Source: Pseudomonadota bacterium
GTDB lineage: Bacteria > Myxococcota > JACRCW01 > JAFGSX01
Assembly (NCBI GenBank): GCA_043821645.1
Contig: JBDRCO010000089.1
Location: forward strand, 40,908-104,907
Reading direction: 5' to 3'
Length of the DNA: 64,000 nt
Shown: piece after piece, positions 28,552 through 38,974 of the stretch
Position numbering within the stretch: the first letter of the stretch is position 1
Layout of the letters: each line of letters begins with the position of its first letter
The notes under the pieces: generated by a model
The model's input: the letters and a program-made list of their open reading frames with translations, nothing else
Databases searched by the model: none
What the model was told of the DNA's origin: nothing
Made by a program: the position numbers and the translations under genes

Positions 28552-31500
28552 TCAGCTCGAAGCGCGAATGAGGTCCAGCAACTCATCGGCACTGAGTTTG
28601 GCAGCCAGCTCGCCGCCGGCCAGGATCTGGCTGGCGAGGTCGCGCTTATCTCGATGCAGAGCCACAATCTTCTCCTCGATGCTGTCCTGGACGATGAGCC
28701 TGTATACCGTGACCGGTCGGGTCTGGCCGATGCGGTGGGCGCGGTCCGAGGCCTGGTCCTCCACGGCAGGGTTCCACCATGGATCCACGTGCACGACGTA
28801 GTCAGCTGCCGTGAGGTTGATGCCCTGGCCTCCGGCCTTGAGGCTGATTAAAAACACCTCGGCCTTCCCGGCCTGGAAGGCGTCGATGCGTTGCTGGCGC
28901 TCGGCCACCGGCGTGGAACCATCGAGGTAGAGCTGTGCGAATCCGAGCTCGTCGAGGCGCTGTTGCAGTGCCGTGAGCTGGGCGATCCACTGGCTGAACA
29001 CCAGTGTGCGATGGCCGCCGTCCCGGAGCTGTTCGAGCAGCTCCACACAGGCGTCGAGCTTGCAGCTCGGCAAGCCCGCGTCCGGGGAGACCATGGCCGG
29101 GTTGCTACAGGCGCGACGCAGCCGCGTGATCTCGGCCAGGATGCGTACGTGGTTGGACGGTTGGCCGTCCGTCGTGGGCTGCACCAGCTTGGTCAGGGCG
29201 CGCTGTCTGAGCGCCTCGTAGTGTGCACGCTCGGCTGCGCCCATCTCGACGCCGAGTTCGATATCGGTGCGCGGCGGCAGCTCGGCGAGCACCTGCTGCT
29301 TGACGCGACGCAGGATGTAGGGCGCCACCAGAGTCTTGAGGTGGCCGAGGCGCTCCCTGTCCTTATCGCGCTCGATGGGCAGGGCGAAGCGCCGAGCAAA
29401 GGACTCGCGGGAACCCAGCAAGCCGGGGTTGAGGAACTGGAACAGCGCCCACAGTTCGTCGAGGTGGTTCTCGACGGGAGTACCGGTGGTGATCACTCTC
29501 GCCTGGCCCTGCAGGGTCGCCACCGCCTGCCAGCGCTTGGTCGAGGCGTTCTTGATGGCCTGGGCCTCGTCGAGGACCAGGGTGCCGAAGGCGACTTTCT
29601 GTAACGCCCGGATCTCGCGCACCAGCAGGGAGTAGCTGCACAGCAGCACGTCTCCCGGCGCCAGCGTCTCGATGGTGCGCCTGCGCTCGCCCACGCCCAG
29701 CTGGACCAGCCGCAATGCCGGCGCGTAGCGCGAGGCCTGGTCGCGCCAGGTGCCGCACACCGTGGTTGGCGCCACCACCAGGCTCGGCCCCAGGGCGCGC
29801 CGCTCGAGCAGCAAGGCCAGCACCTGCGCGGTTTTGCCCAGGCCCATGTCATCGGCGAGACAGGCTCCCATGCCGCCGGCGGCGAGCCGCGCCAGCCAGG
29901 CGAAACCCTCGACCTGGTAGCCGCGCAGCTCGAGCTGAAGGTCGACCGGAACGGCGGGATCGGTGCGAAACGCAGTCTCGATCTCGATCAGGCGAGCACC
30001 AAAGTCTGCTCCGCGCTCGACCTGTCCTGCCCCCTGCACGGCCTGCTCGACCGCAGCGGCGGCCAGCGCATGAAAGCGCAGGTCCTCGCCCTGGCCCTGG
30101 GTAAAGGCGCGGAGCGCGTCGATCTGGCGTCGGAGCTGTGCGCTGAGCGCCAGGAACTCACCATCCCCGAGGGGTACGAATCGGCCCGGCATGACCTCGG
30201 TGAGCTCGAGCAGGCGCCGCATGTCGAGCACCAGATCCTCGTCGACGCGGAGCTCACCGGACAGGGTGAACCAGTCATTGGCGCGCCCAATGCGCAGGCG
30301 AAGGTTGTGCGAGCTGGACTCGGCCCGGATGCGCAGTCGACCCTCGCTGGACCACTCCATCACCACGGCATCACCGAGGGCTCGCAGTTCGGCGAGCAGC
30401 TCCAGGCTGTGCTGTGGATCGTCCACGGCCCAGCGAAAGCTCCCGTCGCGAGGCGTGTCCAGGTTCGGACAGGCGCGCACACAGGTCTCGGCCTGGCGCA
30501 GCTCCTCGTCAAGGTCGCGGCGAGTCTGCACTCGCTGGCCGTCGATCGAGGCCACCAGATTGACGGCGCCGAGGCCAGGCGTGAAGGCTGCGCCATGGTC
30601 TCCCAGGGGACGGGTCACGAACTCGACGCGCAGGTCGCGGCCGACGAAAGCGATGCGCGCCCGTGGTCGCGGATCGGCCGGGCGTTGCTCGAACCCGGTC
30701 AAGCTGGCGTCGATTTCGGACTGTACGTCGACGACGGTGGCGGTCGAGCTGAGCGCCTCGATGAAGGCCTGCTCGGCCGCGGCGGGGAGGCTCAGGCCTG
30801 GACCCAGGATACTGGCGATCGCACGCTGCCGCGGATCCAGTTCGATGACCTGGGCGCGATCCGCTCCATCGCGCACGATGGCGAAGTCCTCTGCGCCGGC
30901 GAGGGGAGGATGCAGGCTCAAGCGGACGCTGCCGTCGACGCCGCGCTGCACCTGAAGCTCGGCTCGTCCCAGCACCACCTCGATGGGCTGGTCGAGTCTG
31001 TCCACCCAGAATACCAGCGGGTGCCCGACCAGCGCTCGGGCCGCCCTCGCACTGAGCTCGAAGGCTGGCTTGGTGTGGACACCGGGAGGCGTCACCTTCA
31101 GGGCGCGGCAGATCTCGATATCCTGGGGACTCAGGAAGTCGACCTCGTCGGGGAGGTTCCCTGTCCTCGTGTCGTGGATGCGTCGGCCCTGACTGAACCG
31201 GCCCCGGGCCGTGCGCTTCTGGTCGCGCGCCTCGAGTCGTATCCCGGCGGAGAGATCCAGCGTCCACACCAGGCGCCGGGTCCGGCTCGTCGAGGTGGTG
31301 CCCGACAGGCCTATGGCAGCCAGAGCCTCGAGGGTGCGCTGCCACAGCGGGCGTGGTGCGACCAGGCTGGACAGGGGAGGCAGCGCCGGCGGCGTGGCGA
31401 CGAGCAGCGCGGGTTGGTCCGACGGTGCGAGCTGCAATAGCATGTCCGCAAGCTGATCTCCGAGCCAGCACAGCCCCGTCGCGTCACAGCGTTTCTGGCT

Positions 31501-32976
31501 GGTCGCCAGGGCGGTCAGCAGTTCGGGCGCGGGCACGGCCTGGGTCCAGCACGTCGCCAGGGCCTCGACCAGGGTGGCGAGGACCCCGGGCAGGTCCAGC
31601 GTGTCGGCCCCCTTCGCCAGGAAGACGAGGTCCTGCTGCCGCGTGGCGCGTGTGGGGTCTCTCCATACCGCTGCGAGCTCGGCGAGGATGCCATGGCTTC
31701 TGCGCAGCCGGCCTGGCGCGTATCGTCCGTGGTGCAGGCGCTCGATGCGCTCGAGGTCCTGCGGGGTGCCCCGTGCGAACAGGGCGATCATGCAGAACAG
31801 ACCCGCGATCCCCGCGAAGAAGGGGTCGGGGAGGGGCAGCAAGCGCCGCAGCTCGGCGAGCCCGGCCTCAAAGAAAACCAGTGCGCTGTCGGTCTGACCG
31901 AGCATGAGGTCGAGCCAGCCAGCGCAGCCGAGCACCTCGCCGTCCTCGCTGCCGAGGATCACCTGCCGGGCTTCCTCGATGCGGCCTTGCAGCAGCAGGT
32001 TGGCGGCCAGCCTCTGGCGCAGCAGGTCGTCCGATGTGCCACCGGATTGACGCCAGCGTCGCAGGGCCTCGTCGACCAGGGCGGTATCCGGTTCGAGACG
32101 ATACAGGCTCACCCCTAGCAGGAGGATCAGCGCTTCGTGCAGCATGGCGGCCGGCAGGCGCTCGAGCCACGCCGCGTCAAAAGGTGTGCACAGCTCCTCG
32201 AACAGCACCGTCTCCCAGGTCGGGAACCGGCGGTCACCCTGCTCGCCCAGCAGCAGCCAGTGCTCGGCAGCCTGTGCGTCCCCCTGCGCGATGGCCATGC
32301 GCAACTCGCGCCGGATCGCCGCCATGCTCATGGGGTCTGGCCGGGCGCCATAGCGGATCTTGAGCGGTGCGCCACCAAGCGCCCGCGTCACGGCGCGGTG
32401 GAGCGAGGAGAAGTCGCGTCGGGTCACGGCCTGGCGCCAGGCGAGCTGGTGGCAGCCAGTGGTGCACAGGAACGCGTTGCCGCTGCCCCGGGCGATGAGG
32501 CCATCGCGAGCGAGCAGGTCGAGACGGCGCTGGACCTCCGCCTCACTGCCGAGCCCTTCACACAGGGCGCCGTGCTGAACCACGCGATGCAGCCGGGCGG
32601 CGTCGAGTTCGGTGCTCGCGACCGACAGCACCTCCAGCAGCAACTGTGAGGGCTCGTCGAGGGCATCCAGGGCTGCGCTCAACGACTCGTGGCTGAGCCC
32701 GGACGGTCGTCGCTCAGAGCTCCGGTCCACGTCGACGTCCTCGTCGTCCACGTCCATGTGGTCGTCGGCGTCGGAATCTTCGTCCAACGGGTTTTCCTGG
32801 TCACGCAGGTAGGCCTCGTACTGCCTCCGCATCTCCACCAGTTCTTGCGCCTGCTCGTCGCTGCGCGCGTCGCGCTGCAGGCGGTCCAGGTAGTCCCGGA
32901 TGAAGCCACTGCGGGGATGTTCCCCTGTCGGGTGATCGGTCATGGGCCTGGATCCTGCCATCTCTCGTCGTCTCAC
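28552..32976 (-). CDS. Snf2/SWI2-family helicase-like ATPase with long N-terminal region (start uncertain, possibly 32943)
   Basis: LRGYQ, LADDMGLGKT, LDEAQAIKN, TGTPVENHL, LVFSQW, SLKAGG.G.NL, WWNPAVEDQA.DRAHRIGQ. Confidence 0.92.
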   Translation of the reverse strand: MRRREMAGSRPMTDHPTGEHPRSGFIRDYLDRLQRDARSDEQAQELVEMRRQYEAYLRDQENPLDEDSDADDHMDVDDEDVDVDRSSERRPSGLSHESLSAALDALDEPSQLLLEVLSVASTELDAARLHRVVQHGALCEGLGSEAEVQRRLDLLARDGLIARGSGNAFLCTTGCHQLAWRQAVTRRDFSSLHRAVTRALGGAPLKIRYGARPDPMSMAAIRRELRMAIAQGDAQAAEHWLLLGEQGDRRFPTWETVLFEELCTPFDAAWLERLPAAMLHEALILLLGVSLYRLEPDTALVDEALRRWRQSGGTSDDLLRQRLAANLLLQGRIEEARQVILGSEDGEVLGCAGWLDLMLGQTDSALVFFEAGLAELRRLLPLPDPFFAGIAGLFCMIALFARGTPQDLERIERLHHGRYAPGRLRRSHGILAELAAVWRDPTRATRQQDLVFLAKGADTLDLPGVLATLVEALATCWTQAVPAPELLTALATSQKRCDATGLCWLGDQLADMLLQLAPSDQPALLVATPPALPPLSSLVAPRPLWQRTLEALAAIGLSGTTSTSRTRRLVWTLDLSAGIRLEARDQKRTARGRFSQGRRIHDTRTGNLPDEVDFLSPQDIEICRALKVTPPGVHTKPAFELSARAARALVGHPLVFWVDRLDQPIEVVLGRAELQVQRGVDGSVRLSLHPPLAGAEDFAIVRDGADRAQVIELDPRQRAIASILGPGLSLPAAAEQAFIEALSSTATVVDVQSEIDASLTGFEQRPADPRPRARIAFVGRDLRVEFVTRPLGDHGAAFTPGLGAVNLVASIDGQRVQTRRDLDEELRQAETCVRACPNLDTPRDGSFRWAVDDPQHSLELLAELRALGDAVVMEWSSEGRLRIRAESSSHNLRLRIGRANDWFTLSGELRVDEDLVLDMRRLLELTEVMPGRFVPLGDGEFLALSAQLRRQIDALRAFTQGQGEDLRFHALAAAAVEQAVQGAGQVERGADFGARLIEIETAFRTDPAVPVDLQLELRGYQVEGFAWLARLAAGGMGACLADDMGLGKTAQVLALLLERRALGPSLVVAPTTVCGTWRDQASRYAPALRLVQLGVGERRRTIETLAPGDVLLCSYSLLVREIRALQKVAFGTLVLDEAQAIKNASTKRWQAVATLQGQARVITTGTPVENHLDELWALFQFLNPGLLGSRESFARRFALPIERDKDRERLGHLKTLVAPYILRRVKQQVLAELPPRTDIELGVEMGAAERAHYEALRQRALTKLVQPTTDGQPSNHVRILAEITRLRRACSNPAMVSPDAGLPSCKLDACVELLEQLRDGGHRTLVFSQWIAQLTALQQRLDELGFAQLYLDGSTPVAERQQRIDAFQAGKAEVFLISLKAGGQGINLTAADYVVHVDPWWNPAVEDQASDRAHRIGQTRPVTVYRLIVQDSIEEKIVALHRDKRDLASQILAGGELAAKLSADELLDLIRASS

Positions 32977-33066
32977 GCGTCAGGCTTCGGTGACAGACTG
33001 TCCTTGGGGCATGGCAGCCTCTCCCCACGGCGGTCTCCGAAGGGGGGGAGGCGTGGCTCAGGTGCG

Positions 33067-33095
33067 TTGACATCCCTGTCGTCGACCACTAGCCT
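33067..33095 (+). promoter_or_regulatory. Sigma70-type promoter of the rib-nusB-che operon
   Basis: TTGACA-17 bp-TAGCCT. Confidence 0.7.
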
Positions 33096-33216
33096 TCGGC
33101 ATCCTTCACGATGCGGTGAAGGCCGCGAGATGAGAGGCAAAAAGCTCATCGCGGGCCGGGCGTCAACAACCCGCATGCGGCGCTCCCGGGCGACCGCTGC
33201 GAGGAGCGAAAACGGC

Positions 33217-33858
33217 GTGTTCACGGGCATCATCGAGCACCTCGGTACGGTGACCGCGCGCGGTGGTGGCGCTTCGGGGCAGCAGCTTGCCGTGGACCTC
33301 GGTCCCAGCGCCGCAGGCGTGAAGCCTGGTGACTCGGTGGCCATAGACGGAGCCTGCCTCACGGCCACGTCCCTCGATGGCAGCGTGGCCTGGTTTGACG
33401 CGGGCCCCGAGACCTTGAACCGCACCAGCCTGGGTGGACTGCGCGTGGGCGACCGTGTTCACGTCGAGCGCGCCCTGGCGCTGGGAGGTCGTCTCGACGG
33501 GCACCTGGTGCAGGGGCACGTGGATTGCGTGGGCGAGCTGAGGCGTGTGGCGCCGCGAGGCCAGGCCGTCGACCTCGAACTGGTGGTTCACGATCACCCG
33601 CTCGACCTGGTGGTCGAGAAGGGCAGCATCGCCGTGGCGGGGGTCAGCCTCACGGTGAATCGCGTCGAAAGTCATGGTTTTGAGGTGAGTGTGGTCCCGT
33701 TCACCCAGCAGCGGACGCGTCTGGCGTCCTTGCGGCCGGGCCAGCACCTGAACATCGAATTCGATGTCATCGGCCGCTACGTGGCACGTCTGGTGGGGAG
33801 CGCGCGCGGTGGCCACGGACTCAGCATGGATGTGCTGAGGGAGAACGGCTTTGCCTGA
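33217..33858 (+). CDS. ribE: Riboflavin synthase (alpha chain)
   Basis: GTG-FTGIIE start, GDSVAIDGACLT, GHLVQGHVD, KGSIAVAGVSLT; GAGGAG RBS. Confidence 0.93.
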   Translation: MFTGIIEHLGTVTARGGGASGQQLAVDLGPSAAGVKPGDSVAIDGACLTATSLDGSVAWFDAGPETLNRTSLGGLRVGDRVHVERALALGGRLDGHLVQGHVDCVGELRRVAPRGQAVDLELVVHDHPLDLVVEKGSIAVAGVSLTVNRVESHGFEVSVVPFTQQRTRLASLRPGQHLNIEFDVIGRYVARLVGSARGGHGLSMDVLRENGFA

Positions 33859-35057
33859 ACAGCGTCACCATACCGACGACTTCGCCAATGTCGATCCCCG
33901 GCGCGTCGAGCGCGCCATCGAGGAGATCCGCCAGGGCCGCATGGTCATCCTGGTCGACGACGCGGACCGCGAGAACGAGGGCGACCTGACCATGGCCGCC
34001 GAGCTGGTGACGCCCGAGGCCATCAACTTCATGGCCAAGCACGCTCGCGGCCTGATCTGCATGACCATGACCCGGGAGCGCGCTGAGTTCCTGCAGTTGC
34101 CTCCCATGGCCAGCCAGAACACCTCACCCTACGGCACGGCCTTCACCGTCAGCATCGAGGCCCGCAAGGGTGTGACCACGGGCATCAGCGCCGCGGATCG
34201 CGCCCATACCGTGCGCACTGCCATCTCCGATGCCTCGCGTCCCGACGATCTGTCACGACCCGGGCACATGTTCCCGCTGGTGGCACAGGCTGGCGGCGTG
34301 CTGGTGCGTACCGGTCAGACCGAGGGTTCGGTGGACCTGGCGCGACTGGCCGGCCTCAAGCCCGCCGGGGTGATCTGCGAGATCATGCGGGACGACGGCA
34401 CCATGGCGCGCATGCCCGATCTTCTCGAGTTTGCGCGCATCCACGAGCTGCTGCTGCTGAGCATTGCCGACATCGTGGCCTACCGCCTCGAGCACGAGCT
34501 GCTGGTCGAGAAAGCTGCCGACACCGAAGTGGATACGGAGTTCGGGCCGTTCCACGCCACGGCCTTTCGCAGCACCGTGGACGACCGCGAAGCCCTCGTG
34601 CTGTCTCGAGGTGACCTGACCGGGGCCGAGGCACCGCTGGTGCGCGTGCACTCGGGCTGTTGCCATGGCGACCCCTTCCCGGGCGCGCTGTGTGACTGCG
34701 GTCTGCGCCTGCGAGGCTCGCTGCAGGCCATCGTCGACGCCGGTGTCGGAGCGCTGCTGTACCTGCCTCCTGACCTGCCCCAGCGCTCCCTCGTCGAGAG
34801 CGTGGTCGATGCCGCCCAGGTACGCCGGGACCGGCAGGTCCGAGCACGGCACCCTCGAGGTCCCCAGGGTGGAACCTCGACGGGCATGCGCCACTACGGC
34901 ATGGGTGCCCAGATCCTGCGCTCGCTCGGGCTGCGCCAGATCCGCTTGCTCTCCAATAGCCCCATCAAGCTGTCCAACATCACGGGTTTCGGCCTGACCA
35001 TCCTCGACGTGGTGGCCATTCCCCAGATCCCTGGCAGCGTCGATACGGAGGACTCCC

Positions 35058-35068
<11 letters not shown>
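33851..35068 (+). CDS. ribBA: DHBP synthase fused to a probably degenerate GTP cyclohydrolase II domain (RibBA/RibBX type)
   Basis: [25 protein letters not shown] intact. The C-domain has VRVH and CDC but lacks the EGRG motif. Confidence 0.88.
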
Positions 35069-35518
<450 letters not shown>

Positions 35519-35522
<4 letters not shown>

Positions 35523-35980
35523 CGGGCATGGCGCGCTCTGCTCGCCGCCGCGCTCGAGAGAGCGCCTTGCAGGTGCTGTATCAGCTGGACGAGAGCGCCC
35601 AGGAGACCTGGGACGTGGAGCGCGCGCTCGAGGGCTACTTTGCCAACTTCGAGCACGCGGAGCCCGCGCGCGCCTTTGCCCGGGAGCTGGTGCAAGGCGT
35701 GGCCATGCATCGTCCGCAGATCGATCAGTGTATCCTGGCCACCTCGACCAGCTGGCGGCTCGAGCGCATGTCTGCCGTGGACCGCAATCTGCTCAGGCTC
35801 GGGACCTTCGAGCTGTTGCACGGTCCCGAGGTCCCGGCTGCCGTGGTCATCAACGAGGCGGTCGAGATCGCGCGCCGGTTCGGGAGCGAGAGTTCGGCCG
35901 CCTTCGTCAACGGCATTCTCGACGAGATCGCTCGCCGCAACGGGCGGACCGGTTCCCCGGGTCCGGGAGGGGGCGGATGA
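35519..35980 (+). CDS. nusB: Transcription antitermination factor NusB
   Basis: [42 protein letters not shown]. Confidence 0.95.
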
Positions 35981-36471
35981 ACGCGAACGCTCGCCCGAGC
36001 CTGTGGACGCCCAACCTCGACACCCTCGACAGCCTCGATGTCGACGATCTGGTGCTCGGTGTGTTCTCGGACGTGCGCCCGCTGCCGGGCGTGGCTGGGC
36101 TGGTGGACTGGCGGATGTGTGGCACCCTGTCGCGCTTCGTGCGTGAGGGGCGTCTGGGTGGAGCGCAGGGCGAGCGCGTGCTGATACCGGGGGCGGGACG
36201 GGTCGGCGCACGGCGCGTTTTCTTGTTCGGACTCGGTCCCCGGGAGCACTATGCCCGGCGGATCACCGAACTGGCCGCCGAAATCCCCCAGGTGGTGCGT
36301 CAGGCCGGATCCCGGCGGGCGGTGCTGGCGCTGCCAGGACCGAGCCGGGTGATTGGCCCGGCCATGGAGCGCATGGTGGGCGAGCTCGGCGGGGTGCTCC
36401 TCGCCATCTTCGATCACGATGGCAAGCTCGGAGACTGGGTCGAGGGGAGTCAGCCGGCGGGCGGCGCTTGA
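35977..36471 (+). CDS. M17 aminopeptidase N-terminal-domain-like protein (stand-alone)
   Basis: ATGA overlap with nusB; DVRPLPGVAGLVDWRMCGTLSR...GERVLIP...LFGLG. Confidence 0.7.
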   Translation: MNANARPSLWTPNLDTLDSLDVDDLVLGVFSDVRPLPGVAGLVDWRMCGTLSRFVREGRLGGAQGERVLIPGAGRVGARRVFLFGLGPREHYARRITELAAEIPQVVRQAGSRRAVLALPGPSRVIGPAMERMVGELGGVLLAIFDHDGKLGDWVEGSQPAGGA

Positions 36472-36526
36472 GCTCCCGTCGCACGAACGCGCCGCAGGCG
36501 AGACTGCGACGCCAGGGCAGGCGACC

Positions 36527-36940
36527 ATGACGACACAGTCCCTGAAGGTGCTGGTGGTGGATGACTCCGCAGCGGCCCGCGCCATGTTGACGGCGGCCAT
36601 CGAGAGCTATGCCGAGGCGAACGCGAGGGTCCCTGAGATCCAGGCTGCGAGCAGCGGCCTCGAGGCACTCCGCTTCCTCCCCGCCAACGCCCTCGACCTC
36701 ATCGTCACCGACATCAACATGCCGGACGTCAACGGGCTGGAACTCATCTCCTTTGCCCGACGACATCCCCTGCACGGAGCGACGCCCATCGTTGTGGTCA
36801 CCACGCAGAGCGCGGAGCTGGATCGCGATCGCGCGCTGGCCCTCGGTGCCAACGGGTACTGTGAAAAACCGGTCACGGTGACCGGCCTGCTGCATGTGAT
36901 CACACCCTTGCTCGATGCCAAAAACGGAGGTTCACGGTGA
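36527..36940 (+). CDS. cheY: CheY-like single-domain response regulator
   Basis: VLVVDDS, DINMPDVNG, VTT, GANGYCEKP. Confidence 0.88.
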   Translation: MTTQSLKVLVVDDSAAARAMLTAAIESYAEANARVPEIQAASSGLEALRFLPANALDLIVTDINMPDVNGLELISFARRHPLHGATPIVVVTTQSAELDRDRALALGANGYCEKPVTVTGLLHVITPLLDAKNGGSR

Positions 36941-38970
36941 GCGGATCCGCTGGCGATCGCACCAGCGAATTCCTCGCCGAGGCGGTCGAGATCGTCGACC
37001 GCATCCAGGCCGGTATCTCCAACCTGGACGAGGGGCGGCGCTCGGGGCAAGTGTCGCCTCGACACCTCAACGACCTGTTCCGCTCGGCACACTCCCTCAA
37101 GGGCCTGGCCGGCATCTTCGGCATCGAGACCCTGGTCGCCCTGGCTCACGAGTTCGAGAACCTGCTGCACGGCCTTCGCCTCGGCAAGGTCCACCTCGGT
37201 GCCGAGCTCATGCGCGTGCTCGAGGAGACCGGCGACGTCTTCGGCAGACTGCTGCAGAATCTGCAGGGCGGCGAGGCCCACATCAGCGGCCTCGACGCTC
37301 TCGCGGCGCGCCTGCGCGAGGCCGCACAGGGTTCGGTCGAGGTTGCGGTGGATCCGATCCTCGACCTGGCACTGCCCGAGGGCGTGCGTGCGGTGCTCAC
37401 CGAGTACGAGGAACACCGGCTTGCCGAGAACGCACGGTTGGGTACACCGCTGTTCCTGGTGCGCGCGGTGCTCCCGATGGCGACCTTCGACACGCAACTC
37501 GCGAGTCTTGGGGAAAAGCTTAGCGAGGCAGGCGAGCTCCTCACCACGCTGCCGGGTGGCGAGGCGCCGGCCGATCACATCGAGTTCAAGATCCTGTTCA
37601 CCTCGTCGCAGCCACCATCGGCCTGGGAGCACGATCTCCTTACCGGGGAGGGCGAGCTCGACGTCCACGCCGTGCTGCGGCGCAGTGAGACGGAAGGACC
37701 GGCACCGGCCCGGGTCGAGGAACCCGAGCCCGCGGTGGACCCCGAAGAAGCCAGGAGCGGAGGCCTGATCGGGGATTCCATCCGCGTCGACCTGCGCAAG
37801 CTGGATACCCTGATGAGCGTGGTGGGGGAGCTCTCGCTGGTCAAGGCCGAGGTCGGACGCGTGCTCACCCGGTTGCGCACGGTTCACGGCACCAACCTGA
37901 TCGCACTCGATCTGCAGAAGACCTCCAGGGCTTTCGAGCGACACCTTTCCGAGTTGCAGCAGGGTCTGATGGATGTGCGCATGGTGCCCCTGCGCATGAT
38001 CTTCGACCGCCTCGGCCGCACGGCCCGGCGTATCGCACGCGAGATGGGCAAGGACGTGCGCTTCCAGGTGACCGGTGAGGACACCGAGCTCGACAAGGTC
38101 CTCATCGAGGAACTCTCGGATCCGCTTGTTCACCTCGTGCGCAATGCCATCGACCACGGCATCGAGCCCTCGACGGTGCGCGAGGCAGCAGCCAAGTCCC
38201 CCAACGGCACCGTCTCCATCCGTGCCTTTCCCAAGGGCCGGCACGTGGTGATCGAGGTCAGCGACGACGGAGCGGGCATCGACCCGGTGGCACTGCGCCG
38301 GACCGCGCTGGAGCTGGGGCTGGTCGACGAGGAGCGGGTGGGCTCCCTGACCCAGAACGAGCTCTTTGCTTTCATCTTCCGCCCTGGCTTCAGCACGCGG
38401 CGCGAGGTGACCGAGGTTTCGGGCCGCGGCGTGGGTATGGACGTGGTCAAGACCAACATCGCACGGCTGTCCGGAGTCATCGACGTGGCCTCGACCAAGG
38501 GGCGCGGCTCGACCTTCACCCTGACCCTGCCCATCACCCTGGCCATCGTGCAGGCCCTGGTGATCGGGGTCAGCGGTCGCACCTTCGCGCTGCCCCTGTC
38601 GTCGGTGCTCGAGATCCGGACCCTCGAACCCTGGGAGGTCCGCACCATCGAGGGCCGTGAGGTCGTGTTCGGGCGTGATGAGACCATTCCGCTGCTCTGG
38701 CTCTCCGACGTGTTCGGGCTCGGGCGCGTCGAGGTCGAGGGTGACCTGCGGCACGTCATCGTCATCGGGCTTGCCCAGAGCCGGCTGGGCCTGATTGTCG
38801 ACGAGCTCCAGGGCCAGCAGGACATCATCATCAAGCCCCTGGGCAGGCTCTTGCGCCGGGTTCCGGGTATCGCCGGTGCCACCGACCTGGGTGCCCAGGG
38901 CCTGGTGCTGGTCCTCGATGTGGGCGAACTGGCCAGCGCCCCCGAGACCTCCGTGCGCAAGGTGGGTTGA
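36937..38970 (+). CDS. cheA: Chemotaxis histidine kinase CheA
   Basis: Hpt FRSAHSLKG, HLVRNAIDHG, DDGAGID, GFST..VTEVSGRGVGMDVV, C-terminal CheW domain. Confidence 0.96.
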   Translation: MSGSAGDRTSEFLAEAVEIVDRIQAGISNLDEGRRSGQVSPRHLNDLFRSAHSLKGLAGIFGIETLVALAHEFENLLHGLRLGKVHLGAELMRVLEETGDVFGRLLQNLQGGEAHISGLDALAARLREAAQGSVEVAVDPILDLALPEGVRAVLTEYEEHRLAENARLGTPLFLVRAVLPMATFDTQLASLGEKLSEAGELLTTLPGGEAPADHIEFKILFTSSQPPSAWEHDLLTGEGELDVHAVLRRSETEGPAPARVEEPEPAVDPEEARSGGLIGDSIRVDLRKLDTLMSVVGELSLVKAEVGRVLTRLRTVHGTNLIALDLQKTSRAFERHLSELQQGLMDVRMVPLRMIFDRLGRTARRIAREMGKDVRFQVTGEDTELDKVLIEELSDPLVHLVRNAIDHGIEPSTVREAAAKSPNGTVSIRAFPKGRHVVIEVSDDGAGIDPVALRRTALELGLVDEERVGSLTQNELFAFIFRPGFSTRREVTEVSGRGVGMDVVKTNIARLSGVIDVASTKGRGSTFTLTLPITLAIVQALVIGVSGRTFALPLSSVLEIRTLEPWEVRTIEGREVVFGRDETIPLLWLSDVFGLGRVEVEGDLRHVIVIGLAQSRLGLIVDELQGQQDIIIKPLGRLLRRVPGIAGATDLGAQGLVLVLDVGELASAPETSVRKVG

Positions 38971-38974
38971 GCAG

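Noticed and set aside
33099-33216. Canonical FMN or c-di-GMP riboswitch
   Set aside because: The conserved RFN (AGGGTGAAATTCCC...) and GEMM elements are not present.
32689-33216. N-terminal extension of ribE; likewise the upstream extensions at 19634, 35401, 38795, 40501, 40686 and 56196
   Set aside because: They overlap other genes or promoters; family-typical starts with an RBS lie downstream.
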